DNA of 64,000 nt from Oscillospiraceae bacterium. GTDB lineage: Bacteria > Bacillota > Clostridia > UBA1212. Under the pieces are notes generated by a model. It worked only from the letters and a program-made list of their open reading frames with translations, was not told the DNA's origin and ran no database searches. Positions 29,291-39,513 of this stretch are shown in pieces. Where the stretch lies: NCBI GenBank assembly GCA_015069195.1, contig SVJA01000003.1, positions 129,838 through 193,837 on the forward strand, read 5' to 3'. The translations under genes were made by a program, and so were the position numbers. Each line of letters starts with the position of its first letter. Within the stretch, counting starts at the first letter, position 1.

Positions 29291-31720
29291 ATGCGAAAAG
29301 AACATATTGAATTATTTGAAAAAGTAAAAAAACTCGGTCAGGAGCAGCTGTTAGCTTTTTACGAAGAGCTTTCTGCTGAAGAGCAGGATGCATTGGTTGC
29401 TGATATAGAAAGTATCGATTTTGCATTGATGAAGGAGCTTTTTGAAAATGCAGGAAAGCCGACTGCAAACAATAAGGACGCTGTTTTGTCTCCCATAGAG
29501 GCTGCTGACAAAACAAATATGTCTGCAGAGCTTGCCGATAAGTTTGTTACGGCAGGAGATAGAGAACTTTCGAAAGGCAGAGTAGCAGCTGTTACGATGG
29601 CAGGCGGACAGGGTTCGAGACTCGGACACGATGGTCCGAAAGGTACTTATGATATAGGACTTCCTTCACATAAGTCACTTTTTGAGATACAGTGCGACGG
29701 ACTTAAAAAGATTTCCGGAAAGTGCGGCAAAAACATTCCGTGGTACATAATGACAAGTCAGATAAATCACGCTGACACAGTTGCTTTCTTCAAAGAAAAC
29801 AATTACTTCGGATATTCCAAGGATGATATTTTTTTCTTCCCGCAGAATATGATACCGGTTGTTTCGATGGACGGAAAACTTCTTCTTGAGAGCAAAAGCA
29901 AAGTTCTCAGAAGTCCCGACGGAAACGGCGGTCTTTTCTCAGCGGTAGTCAGCTCCGGTGCTCTTGCAGACATGCAGAAACGCGGCGTAAAATGGGTGTT
30001 TATTTGCGGAATAGATAACTGTCTGGTAAATATGGTTGATCCTATGTTTGTAGGTTACACATTGGAGTCAGGCGTACCTGCTTCTGCAAAATCTTTCGTA
30101 AAGAGAAGTTTTGATGAGAAGGCAGGTATTTTGTGTCGCAAGGATGGAAAGCCGGGAGTTATAGAATATACCGAGGTTCCTGAGAAAGAAGCGAAGATGA
30201 CCGATGAAAACGGTTGCTTTGTATACGGTGACGCAAATGTTCTGAACTACGTTTTTGATATAAGCGTTCTTGAGAGCATTGCCGGAAACGGAATGTGTTA
30301 CCATACCGCTTGTAAGAAAATTACTTACTTAAACAGCGACGGCGAAATTGTTACTTCAAAGTCTCCCGATGCATATAAATTTGAATTGTTCTTATTTGAT
30401 GCATTCGATTTTATCGACGATATGAGAATACTCAGAATAGACAGAAAACTCGAGTTTGCACCGGTAAAGAACAAAGAAGGAGAGGACAGCCCGGCTTGGG
30501 CAAGAGATTTGTATATGAAAGCTAATAAGATTCAGATGAAAACGCCCCTCGTTGAGATGGACGGCGACGAGATGACAAGAATTGTATGGAAAAAGATAAA
30601 AGATATTCTTCTTACTCCTTACATTGACCTTAAAACTGAGTACTATGACCTCGGTATAGAAAACAGAGATGCGACAGATGACCAGGTTACAAAGGATTCA
30701 GCAAATGCTACTAAAAAATACGGTGTAGCAGTAAAATGTGCGACAATCACGCCCAATGCCGCACGTGTAAAAGAGTTCAATTTAAAGAAAATGTACAAGA
30801 GCCCGAACGGCACAATCCGTTCCATTCTGGATGGCACCGTGTTCCGTGCACCTATCCTTGCTGACGGTATCAGCCCCCTTGTAAAAGGCTGGGAGAAACC
30901 TATCGTTATCGCAAGACATGCGTACGGTGACATTTATTCGGCTATCGATGCTAAGGTTCAGAAAGGTTCGACGGCGGAACTCGTAATTACAGCACCTGAC
31001 GGAACCGTTACAAAATCTGTTATCCACGATTTCGCAAAGACAGACGGTATCGTAATGGGTATGCATAACGAGGATTCTTCGATAGAAGGTTTTGCGAGAG
31101 CTTGTTTTGAATATGCTATATCTGAGAAAATGGATTTGTGGTTCTCCTCAAAGGATACCATTTCAAAGACTTATGACCACCATTTCAAAGATATTTTCAA
31201 TGATCTTTACGAAAATGAGTACAAGGGAAGATTTGAAGCACTCGGAATTACATACTTCTACACATTGATTGACGATGCGATTGCAAGAGTTATGAAATCA
31301 AAGGGCGGATTTATTTGGGCTTGTAAGAACTATGACGGTGACGTATTCTCCGATATGCTTGCAACTGCTTTCGGAAGCCTTGCTATGATGACATCGGTAC
31401 TTGTATCGCCTCACGGTTATTTTGAGTACGAGGCTGCTCACGGAACTATTCCGAGACATTACCATAAGTACCTTGCAGGAGAGAAAACTTCGACCAACCC
31501 GATTGCTACAATATTTGCATGGACTGGTGCTTTGGCAAAGAGAGGCGAGATGGACGGTATCGACGAATTGGTTTCATTTGCAAAAAGAATGGAAGATGCA
31601 GTTCTCGAAACAGTTGGTTCAGGTTATATGACAGGTGACCTTGCACTTATTTCGGAACTTCCCGAAAAACATGTACTTGACCTTGATGAGTTCCTTAACA
31701 AGGTTGCTTCAAATCTTTAA
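29291..31720 (+). CDS. in-frame fusion: UDP-sugar (UDP-GlcNAc-type, UDPGP family) pyrophosphorylase domain (aa 1-415) :: NADP-dependent isocitrate dehydrogenase, eukaryote-like subfamily II (aa 416-809)
   Basis: MAGGQGSRLG / PDGNGG UDPGP motifs; then MKTPLVEMDGDEMTRIVW... IDH; no stop or RBS at junction 30536. Confidence 0.8.
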   Translation: MRKEHIELFEKVKKLGQEQLLAFYEELSAEEQDALVADIESIDFALMKELFENAGKPTANNKDAVLSPIEAADKTNMSAELADKFVTAGDRELSKGRVAAVTMAGGQGSRLGHDGPKGTYDIGLPSHKSLFEIQCDGLKKISGKCGKNIPWYIMTSQINHADTVAFFKENNYFGYSKDDIFFFPQNMIPVVSMDGKLLLESKSKVLRSPDGNGGLFSAVVSSGALADMQKRGVKWVFICGIDNCLVNMVDPMFVGYTLESGVPASAKSFVKRSFDEKAGILCRKDGKPGVIEYTEVPEKEAKMTDENGCFVYGDANVLNYVFDISVLESIAGNGMCYHTACKKITYLNSDGEIVTSKSPDAYKFELFLFDAFDFIDDMRILRIDRKLEFAPVKNKEGEDSPAWARDLYMKANKIQMKTPLVEMDGDEMTRIVWKKIKDILLTPYIDLKTEYYDLGIENRDATDDQVTKDSANATKKYGVAVKCATITPNAARVKEFNLKKMYKSPNGTIRSILDGTVFRAPILADGISPLVKGWEKPIVIARHAYGDIYSAIDAKVQKGSTAELVITAPDGTVTKSVIHDFAKTDGIVMGMHNEDSSIEGFARACFEYAISEKMDLWFSSKDTISKTYDHHFKDIFNDLYENEYKGRFEALGITYFYTLIDDAIARVMKSKGGFIWACKNYDGDVFSDMLATAFGSLAMMTSVLVSPHGYFEYEAAHGTIPRHYHKYLAGEKTSTNPIATIFAWTGALAKRGEMDGIDELVSFAKRMEDAVLETVGSGYMTGDLALISELPEKHVLDLDEFLNKVASNL

Positions 31721-31817
31721 TTCTCGATAAAAAAGATTTTAACGCGATGCGAAGTAAACGCTTCGCATCACGTCATAAAAATAAAAATAAGGCGAAAGCC
31801 GAAGGGAGATATTATAA

Positions 31818-33131
31818 ATGGGAGTTATTAAATTCGATTATAAAAATGCTGAGAAATTTGTTCAGCCTTACGAGATTGATATGCTTTCTGCTCAGGTTTC
31901 AGCAGCACACGATATGCTTCATAACAAAACCGGCGCTGGCAACGATTATGTGGGTTGGGTAGACCTTCCGAAGAATTTTGACAAAGAAGAATATGCTCGC
32001 ATAAAGGAGTGCGTAGAACGCATAAAGTCTGACTCTGATGTTCTTATCGTAATCGGTATCGGTGGTTCTTACCTCGGTGCAAGAGCTGCGATTGAGATGC
32101 TCACAGGTTCTTTCTACAACCTTGAGGCAGTAAAAAATCGCAAGCAGACAGCAGTACTTTTTGCAGGTTGCAACATCAGCGCTTCATATATGTGCGATCT
32201 TATGAAGATTATTGACGGATATGATGTTTCCGTAAATGTTATTTCAAAATCAGGTACAACAACAGAGCCTGCCATTGCTTTTAGATTCCTCAAAGAACAT
32301 ATGGAAAAAAAATACGGCAGAGAAGGTGCTGCAAAGAGAATTTATGCGACTACAGACAAGGCTCGCGGAGCACTTAAGAAACTTGCCGATGCAGAAGGTT
32401 ACGAGACATTTGTTATTCCGGATGATGTTGGCGGAAGATTTTCAGTTCTTACTCCCGTAGGACTTCTTCCTATCGGTGTTGCAGGTGCAGACCTTGATAA
32501 GATTATGGAAGGTGCCGAGAAAGCTTACGAAGAGTATTTGGAGCCTGATGTTACAAAGAATGATTGCTACAAATATGCTGCTGTCAGAAATGCTCTTTAC
32601 AGAAAAGGCAAAGATATCGAAATTCTTGTAAACTATGAGCCTTCGCTTCACTACATTACAGAATGGTGGAAACAGCTTTACGGCGAGAGCGAAGGAAAAG
32701 ACCAGAAAGGTATATTCCCTGCAGGTGTTGACTTCACTACAGACCTTCACTCTATGGGACAGTACATTCAGGACGGTCAGAGAAAGTTGTTTGAGACTGT
32801 TATATCTGTTGCAACTCCTAAACAGAACATCATTTTACAGGTCACAGAAGACGATATTGACGGTCTTAACTACCTCGCGGGAAAAGATATGGATTATGTA
32901 AACAAACAGGCTGCAAAGGGTACTATGATGGCTCACGTTGACGGCGGTGTTCCGAATCTTGAAATAGAGATTCCTGCTATGGACGAATTCAGCTTCGGCG
33001 CACTTGTTTACTTCTTTGAGAAAGCTTGCGGTATCAGCGGCTATATGCTCGGAGTAAATCCGTTCAATCAGCCCGGTGTAGAAGCTTACAAGAAAAATAT
33101 GTTTACATTGCTTGGTAAGCCGGGTTATTGA
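31818..33131 (+). CDS. pgi: glucose-6-phosphate isomerase (short Firmicutes type)
   Basis: PGI family, SIS motifs [11 protein letters not shown]. Confidence 0.92.
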   Translation: MGVIKFDYKNAEKFVQPYEIDMLSAQVSAAHDMLHNKTGAGNDYVGWVDLPKNFDKEEYARIKECVERIKSDSDVLIVIGIGGSYLGARAAIEMLTGSFYNLEAVKNRKQTAVLFAGCNISASYMCDLMKIIDGYDVSVNVISKSGTTTEPAIAFRFLKEHMEKKYGREGAAKRIYATTDKARGALKKLADAEGYETFVIPDDVGGRFSVLTPVGLLPIGVAGADLDKIMEGAEKAYEEYLEPDVTKNDCYKYAAVRNALYRKGKDIEILVNYEPSLHYITEWWKQLYGESEGKDQKGIFPAGVDFTTDLHSMGQYIQDGQRKLFETVISVATPKQNIILQVTEDDIDGLNYLAGKDMDYVNKQAAKGTMMAHVDGGVPNLEIEIPAMDEFSFGALVYFFEKACGISGYMLGVNPFNQPGVEAYKKNMFTLLGKPGY

Positions 33132-33199
33132 TAAGTTGACTTTCAAAGCCGATGACTGAGTTTTCTCTGCCGTCGGCTTTTATTCTATGGAGGATTTGC

Positions 33200-35566
33200 A
33201 TGGGAAATTTACAAGCAAAGAAAAGAATAGTATGTATGATGCTAGCACTGGTGTTTTCGTTGCAGTTGTTTTTGTTACCTGAAATGGTCTCTCACGGAGC
33301 ACAAAGTACAGAACTGACATTTAACGGTGAAAAAGTTGCAGCAAACATTAGTGGTTATTCTTCTGCCAATAACGGCAACTATACTTTTTCTTCAAAACTT
33401 ACAATAGAGTTTGATGAACCGAGCAAGGGATATTTTAACCGTTATACAATCGAGTATATTTCTGATGTTTACATCAGCGGTACTGTTTATTATAAGCTTG
33501 ACGGCCGTACAAAAAGAGAGGAATTCTTTCTTGAGAGTGGTACAAAAGCATCGTTTTCGTCACTTATAGACGGATATCTTGATTCTAAAACAGGAAACCG
33601 ATTGGAAAAGATTGTTTTCGAGCCGCTTTCAAAAGATACTGCTTCGCTCAGGATTTTGTCGATAAAAACAACAACATACGATGTTTTTAAAAGTGAGACT
33701 GCATACATAGAAAATGACCGTTTCAAAGTAGGTTGCTGCCTTATATGGGGTGGCGGTCTTAACTATATCGAAGATAAAAAAGATAATGATTCTACCGTGA
33801 CCAACATGCTCAATCATTGCGATACGGGACGATTGGTTCAGCAGTCTTATTACGGCACATCGGAATCTCCGTACAGACCGGGTTACTATAATAACTCAGT
33901 GTGGGGATACAATCCGGTGCAGGGCGGAGACCAGCACGGAAACAAGAGTAAGTTGGTGGATTTTTCGATAAATACAGATACAATTTATGTGAAGTGCAGA
34001 CCTCTTGACTGGTCAAAAGACGATGAGGCGACTCCTTCGTATATGGAAAATGTGTACAAGCTAGAAAAGGATCATATAAAAGTCGATAACAGATTTATTG
34101 ATTTTTCGGGTTACAGTCACGGTAAGGCAAGACACCAGGAGCTTCCGGCTTTTTATACGATAAGCTATCTCGATACATTTACTTTCTACAACGGAACAAA
34201 ACCGTGGACGGGAGGTGATCTTACTGTAAAAAAGAATCTTCCGTTCTGGGGAGATCCTTCAACAAACGCACAGTGCTATTTCAATGTGAAGAAGGGCAAT
34301 ACAGAGACTTGGTGTGCATGGACAAGCAGTGAGAAAAAATACGGACTCGGACTCTATACGCCAAATGTAAGTATTTTACTTGCAGGAAGACACGCATACA
34401 ACGGAAGTAAAGATCCGGCAGATAGTGCGACAAATTATGTTGCTCCCCTCATAACATCACTTATGCAAAGTTATGAGCCTTTCCAGTATAGTTACTATAT
34501 TACCGCAGGCTCTGTAGAAACAATAAGATCGGTATTCACACAAAATAAAACAAACCAGACTTATGCGGATTTATCATATGATACGACAAATCTTTCTTTT
34601 GACAAATCATATGAAGTGAATGCACTTACCGGCATAAAAAATGTAACGATTACTCACGATGCAACCAAAGGCGCTGCGGTGTATAAAGCTCCTGCGACGG
34701 CAACTTCATATAAAGGCGATTGTGATTCTTATTCGTACATTTATTTTTCAAGTGATGTAAATACGCAGAATTACAGATACATAGTTTTTTCGTATATGTT
34801 GCCAACGACAAATATGACAAATGACTATAACGCTGAGTTTTTTGTTTGTACAGGTACACGTCAGAAAGCTGAGAGCGGATATTCGCACAAGGAGAGTCTG
34901 ACACGCGACGGCAAGTTCCATTCGGTAGTAATAGATATGTATACAAAGAAAGCCGAAAACGGAAGTTATCTGTGGCCGTCGGGCGGAGAGAGACTAAACT
35001 GTATAAGGCTTGATTTTGACAAAGCCATGCCTAATGACATGTTGTATATAACAGGTTTTGGACTTGCCAAGACTCTTTCGGAAGCGAATAATTATGCATC
35101 TGAATTCTTGAAAACTCCGTCATCCGGCGGAAGTACAACTCCGTCACAAACACCCGGATCGAATATAGTTATCCCTACATTTGATCCTGAGATAACATCA
35201 GGTGTGGCTACAGCACCATCTGTTCCTGCTACATCAGCACCGGCAGGTGAAACTGAGCAACCGACTCAGACTCCTGATTGTGAATCACCACTGGTTACTG
35301 ACGTCCCTGTAAGTCCGGGAAATAATGAGAATTCTGACGAAAACGTTGATTATCCTGATGATGAATATATCGAAGAGGATGAATACAATTCCTCAGGAAT
35401 TAGTATGTTCGGCATAATTGCGATAATAGCAGGTGTCGGGTTACTCATTATCGCAGGTGCAATTATACTGATAGTGGTTTTGGTAAAAAAGAAAAAGAAA
35501 AAAGCAGCGGCAAATATCGCAGCTGAACCTGCTGTCGATCTTGAAAACGATTGCAGTATAATTTAA
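33200..35566 (+). CDS. surface protein paralog A: signal peptide, conserved Cys/Trp-rich central domain, beta-rich domain, P/T/S linker, C-terminal TM anchor + KKKKKK
   Basis: ATG 33200 after GGAGGA; ~50% identical to downstream paralog; no known family recognised. Confidence 0.75.
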   Translation: MGNLQAKKRIVCMMLALVFSLQLFLLPEMVSHGAQSTELTFNGEKVAANISGYSSANNGNYTFSSKLTIEFDEPSKGYFNRYTIEYISDVYISGTVYYKLDGRTKREEFFLESGTKASFSSLIDGYLDSKTGNRLEKIVFEPLSKDTASLRILSIKTTTYDVFKSETAYIENDRFKVGCCLIWGGGLNYIEDKKDNDSTVTNMLNHCDTGRLVQQSYYGTSESPYRPGYYNNSVWGYNPVQGGDQHGNKSKLVDFSINTDTIYVKCRPLDWSKDDEATPSYMENVYKLEKDHIKVDNRFIDFSGYSHGKARHQELPAFYTISYLDTFTFYNGTKPWTGGDLTVKKNLPFWGDPSTNAQCYFNVKKGNTETWCAWTSSEKKYGLGLYTPNVSILLAGRHAYNGSKDPADSATNYVAPLITSLMQSYEPFQYSYYITAGSVETIRSVFTQNKTNQTYADLSYDTTNLSFDKSYEVNALTGIKNVTITHDATKGAAVYKAPATATSYKGDCDSYSYIYFSSDVNTQNYRYIVFSYMLPTTNMTNDYNAEFFVCTGTRQKAESGYSHKESLTRDGKFHSVVIDMYTKKAENGSYLWPSGGERLNCIRLDFDKAMPNDMLYITGFGLAKTLSEANNYASEFLKTPSSGGSTTPSQTPGSNIVIPTFDPEITSGVATAPSVPATSAPAGETEQPTQTPDCESPLVTDVPVSPGNNENSDENVDYPDDEYIEEDEYNSSGISMFGIIAIIAGVGLLIIAGAIILIVVLVKKKKKKAAANIAAEPAVDLENDCSII

Positions 35567-35585
35567 TTGAAATAAAAAATAGGAA

Positions 35586-35620
35586 AGGCTCCCTCGGCTG
35601 TGCCGGGGGAGCCTTTTTAT
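35586..35620 (+). terminator. intrinsic terminator between paralogs
   Basis: GGCTCCC...GGGAGCC + TTTTTATG. Confidence 0.6.
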
Positions 35621-35772
35621 GTGGCGAAGCTACCGATAATCGTAAGTGAAAAAATTTGCAACTAAAACCGTTTTTTTACGAGATATAGACATATAAGTTG
35701 TGTTTTATTTTACAATATTGTTAAATAATATTAACGATTTTGTTTCAAAAATATTTTATAAGGAGATTTCGG

Positions 35773-38190
35773 ATGATACGAAAGTTTTTTAATAATGAAA
35801 CAAGTAAAAAAATAGTTTCGTTATTTATTGCGATGATATTTACAGTACAGTTGTTTTTTGTGCCGGGAATGGTTTCTCACGGTGCAGAAAATGTGAACCT
35901 TTCTTTTAACGGAAAGAATGTCCCTGTAAGTGTAAGCGGTTATACATCTGCATCACAAGGTCGATATACTTTTAAATCAAAACTTACTTTTGATTTTTCA
36001 AACCCGGCCGGTGCGAAGTTTAACCGATATACTTTAAACTATACTGCGAATGCTTGTATAGGAGGACGAATATATTATAAAGTGTCCGGTGCGACTAAAA
36101 GTGAAGAATTCTTTTTGGAAAGCGGCACAAATGTTTCATTTTCGTCATTGATTGACGGATACCTTGATTCAAAGCAGGGCAGCAGTATTGAGAAAATTGT
36201 TTTTGAACCGCGTTCTGCGTCTACCGCACAGCTTAAAATAAGTTCCGTAAAAACCGTTGTGTACGAAGTGTATAAAAATCAGACGGTGTACATAGAAAAT
36301 GACCGCTTTAAAGTAGGTTGCTACCTTATATGGGGCGGCGGTCTTAACTACATCGAAGATAAAAAAGACAACGATCCTACCGTGACGAATATGCTTAATC
36401 ATTGTGATACGGGACGTTTGGTACAGCAGTCATATTACGGTTCTATGGAATATCCGTATCAGCCGGGAAATTATAACGGTTCTACATGGGCATATAACCC
36501 TGTACAGGGCGGTGACCAGCACGGAAATAAAAGCAAATTAGTTGACTTTGTCGTAACGTCAAATTCTATTTACGTCAAATGCAGACCGCTTGATTGGTCT
36601 AAAAATAACGTACTGACTTTTTCGTATATGGAGAATGTTTATAAACTGGAAAATGATCACATAAAAGTCGATAATCGCTTCATTGATTTTTCCGGTTATA
36701 ATCACGGAAGAGGTAAACATCAGGAACTTCCTGCTTTTTATACAATAAGCTATCTTGACACATTTACTTATTATGACGGTAAAGATCCGTGGACAAATGA
36801 TACTCTTACTGTGAAACGAAATCTTCCGTTCTGGGGTAATTCCGCAACAAGCTCTCAGTGTTACTTCGGTATGGAAAATGAAAATACCGAGACTTGGTGT
36901 GCGTGGACCAGCAAAGACAAAGGTTACGGTCTGGGATTGTACACACCGGATGCCAGCATATTGCTTGCAGGCAGATACAACTATAACGGCAGTAAAGAAC
37001 CGAAAAATAGTGCCACAAACTATGTTGCACCGCTTATAACATCAGTAATGCAAAACTATGTTCCGTTTCAATATAGTTACTATATAACTGCAGGTACGGT
37101 GAGTACAATCCGTTCTGTATTTACTAAAAATCATGAAGCGTTGACATCCGGAAGCGACAAGATTGATACAACTAATTTAAGCTTCGATAACGCTTCTGAT
37201 ATAAAGGCATTTTCAACCAGAAAAGATGTAATGATATCTCACGACAAACTTACAGGCTCGGCGGTATTAACTGCGCAGACCCCTTCACTTTCAGGTGCTT
37301 GCGATGCTTATGCTTATTTAAAATTTTCAAATGTAAATACAAAAGACCACAGATATGTCGTTCTTTCATACAAAGTTGAATCTTCTGACCACTATAACTC
37401 ACGCAACCTTGAACTGTTTGTTTGTGCCGGAGATATAGAGGAGGCGACAGGCGGTTATTCTTACAGAGAACGTTTGTCTGTTGATGGTACTTTCCATTCT
37501 TTGATTATAGATATGTGGAATAAGAAAGCTTTTAACGGAAGTGCGCTGTGGCCGTCAGGCGGTGCTCCGCTTCATGCTGTCAGATTGGATTTTGACGGCG
37601 CGAGTGCCGGCGACAGGTTATCCATAACGGGATTTGCTCTTGCGGCATCTTATTCTGAAGCTACGGCGATTGGAAATTCCTTTAACAAGGCGGCAAATTC
37701 TGTGTCAAGTTCAGAAAATGGTTTTACAGCCGGTACAAATATTGTAATACCTACAAAGCCGGCAGCTGACACACCTGCAAAACCGAACAATTCAAATCCG
37801 GGTAATAATAACACAAATAATAATGCTTCGAGCTCAGATAATTACGGTTCAAATTCAGATAATAACAGTACCATTACTGATACAGACAGTACAGATAATT
37901 CGACTGACAATTATCCGAACAACAATTATGATACCGGTGAAGATAATCCGGGAGGCAATTTCGGTGAAGACGGTTATGGTAAAGGCGACGACAATGAAAA
38001 AGGCATGAACATTGTACTTATTGTGTGCATATCTGCTTTTTGCGGTGCTGCAATAGCCGGTATTATTACGACCATTGTTTTACTGATTAAAAAGAAGAAA
38101 AATAAAAAAACACAGGTGCCGGTAAATGAGCAATCGGTAAAAACTGACATTCCTGCCGATGAGGAATTCACGGATTGGAGCATAATATAA
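35773..38190 (+). CDS. surface protein paralog B (same architecture; Asn/Ser/Thr/Asp-rich linker)
   Basis: ATG 35773 after AAGGAG; collinear with paralog A. Confidence 0.75.
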   Translation: MIRKFFNNETSKKIVSLFIAMIFTVQLFFVPGMVSHGAENVNLSFNGKNVPVSVSGYTSASQGRYTFKSKLTFDFSNPAGAKFNRYTLNYTANACIGGRIYYKVSGATKSEEFFLESGTNVSFSSLIDGYLDSKQGSSIEKIVFEPRSASTAQLKISSVKTVVYEVYKNQTVYIENDRFKVGCYLIWGGGLNYIEDKKDNDPTVTNMLNHCDTGRLVQQSYYGSMEYPYQPGNYNGSTWAYNPVQGGDQHGNKSKLVDFVVTSNSIYVKCRPLDWSKNNVLTFSYMENVYKLENDHIKVDNRFIDFSGYNHGRGKHQELPAFYTISYLDTFTYYDGKDPWTNDTLTVKRNLPFWGNSATSSQCYFGMENENTETWCAWTSKDKGYGLGLYTPDASILLAGRYNYNGSKEPKNSATNYVAPLITSVMQNYVPFQYSYYITAGTVSTIRSVFTKNHEALTSGSDKIDTTNLSFDNASDIKAFSTRKDVMISHDKLTGSAVLTAQTPSLSGACDAYAYLKFSNVNTKDHRYVVLSYKVESSDHYNSRNLELFVCAGDIEEATGGYSYRERLSVDGTFHSLIIDMWNKKAFNGSALWPSGGAPLHAVRLDFDGASAGDRLSITGFALAASYSEATAIGNSFNKAANSVSSSENGFTAGTNIVIPTKPAADTPAKPNNSNPGNNNTNNNASSSDNYGSNSDNNSTITDTDSTDNSTDNYPNNNYDTGEDNPGGNFGEDGYGKGDDNEKGMNIVLIVCISAFCGAAIAGIITTIVLLIKKKKNKKTQVPVNEQSVKTDIPADEEFTDWSII

Positions 38191-38241
38191 TAAAATATAT
38201 AAGGATGCTGATTGAAAATCAGCATCTTCTCCTTTAAGTTA

Positions 38242-38290
38242 AAAGCAGGAAGCGCGCGACGGTCATCCGTCGCGCGCTTCCTGCTTTTGA
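38242..38290. terminator. strong bidirectional terminator (19-bp GC stem) between paralog B and azlD
   Basis: AGCAGGAAGCGCGCGACGG-TCAT-CCGTCGCGCGCTTCCTGCT + TTTTG. Confidence 0.7.
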
Positions 38291-38312
38291 AATCGTTACG
38301 CCGTAGGCGTAA

Positions 38313-38621
38313 TTAAATCAATATGAGTTCCAATATAAAAACCACCACACAGGCAGAGCCTGCTACCCAGAAAAGATTTGATGTAAACCATGCAACCGCT
38401 ATTCCTACGACCAATGCTGCGATGCCTGACCAGATGCTTTGGGTTGAGTGGATTATTGCCGGGAAAGTCATTACTGCGAGAGTTATGTAGGGCACATAGT
38501 AGAGGAACGATTTTAAAAATTGACTTTTGATTTCCCTGCGAAGAACTGTCATCGGGATGACTCGTATCAGGTATGTGACTCCGACCGTTATCAGTATGTA
38601 TATGTAGATATTGTGATTCAT
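38313..38621 (-). CDS. azlD: branched-chain amino acid transport protein AzlD
   Basis: AzlD family small membrane protein. Confidence 0.85.
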   Translation of the reverse strand: MNHNIYIYILITVGVTYLIRVIPMTVLRREIKSQFLKSFLYYVPYITLAVMTFPAIIHSTQSIWSGIAALVVGIAVAWFTSNLFWVAGSACVVVFILELILI

Positions 38622-39361
38622 TTTGACGTTTCCTCCTTTACGGGGAAGAGCAATGCCGCAATGCTTGATATAAGCAATGTGAGAATGATTGTGATAATAC
38701 CGGACGATACTTCTTTTATGTAGGGAATTACTGTGCAGAGATAGCTCGCAAGCATTGATACAGTGACGAGTCCGAGAATGATTTTATTTTTCTTTCCTGC
38801 GGGTATTATCACTGCGAGGAACATTCCGTAAAGGCTGACGCTGAGTGCGCTTACGATGCCTGCCGGCAGTGCATTTCCGAGTACAACTCCGACACCGGTG
38901 CCTATTGTCCACGCAGGCTGGGCGAGAGCCATTATTCCGAAGCAGAAGAACGGATTTACATAGCCCGGTTGTGATATGGAGGCTCCGAACATTTCATCGG
39001 TGAGGTAGAAGCTGAGCAATATACGTTTTGCGAGTGAAGTTTCCTTTGATATACGCTGGCTGAATGCGCAGGACATCAAAAAGTAGCGTGCGTTTGCTAT
39101 CAATACCATAACGGCGATTGCGACATAACCGGCACTCTCTGCAATCAATGAAAATGTGGCATATTCGCCTGCTGATGCAAGCATAAAGAAACTTGTCAGC
39201 GAAGCTTGGAAAGCCGAAAGACCTGCCGCTTTTGCGTGAATTCCGAGTGAAAGAGACACGGCGAAGTAACCGAGCGCAATCGGTATACCTGTTTTCATCC
39301 CTTCAACAAATTTTTGTCTATTTGATATTCCGAGCTGATTTAACGGCGAATCCTTTGACAT
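38618..39361 (-). CDS. azlC: branched-chain amino acid permease AzlC
   Basis: AzlC family; start ATG 39361 (MSKDSPLNQ...) after GGAAGGAG; overlaps azlD by 4 nt. Confidence 0.85.
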   Translation of the reverse strand: MSKDSPLNQLGISNRQKFVEGMKTGIPIALGYFAVSLSLGIHAKAAGLSAFQASLTSFFMLASAGEYATFSLIAESAGYVAIAVMVLIANARYFLMSCAFSQRISKETSLAKRILLSFYLTDEMFGASISQPGYVNPFFCFGIMALAQPAWTIGTGVGVVLGNALPAGIVSALSVSLYGMFLAVIIPAGKKNKIILGLVTVSMLASYLCTVIPYIKEVSSGIITIILTLLISSIAALLFPVKEETSK

Positions 39362-39513
39362 GCTGAAAATGCGTCTCCTTCCTCTGAAAAATCTCACGCC
39401 GTCTATTTTACCACAGAGAAATAAAATTGCCACATTGAATTAAAAAAAGTTTTATTATATGACGAATTTTGTTATAATTCATACATATTCCGGATATGAA
39501 AGGACGAATAATT

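Noticed and set aside
31745-31770. Hairpin GATGCGAAG...CTTCGCATC between the fusion gene and pgi
   Set aside because: No U-tract follows on the + strand (A-rich instead), so I did not call it a terminator. The overlapping ORF 31747-31962 is spurious (antisense, in the pgi leader).
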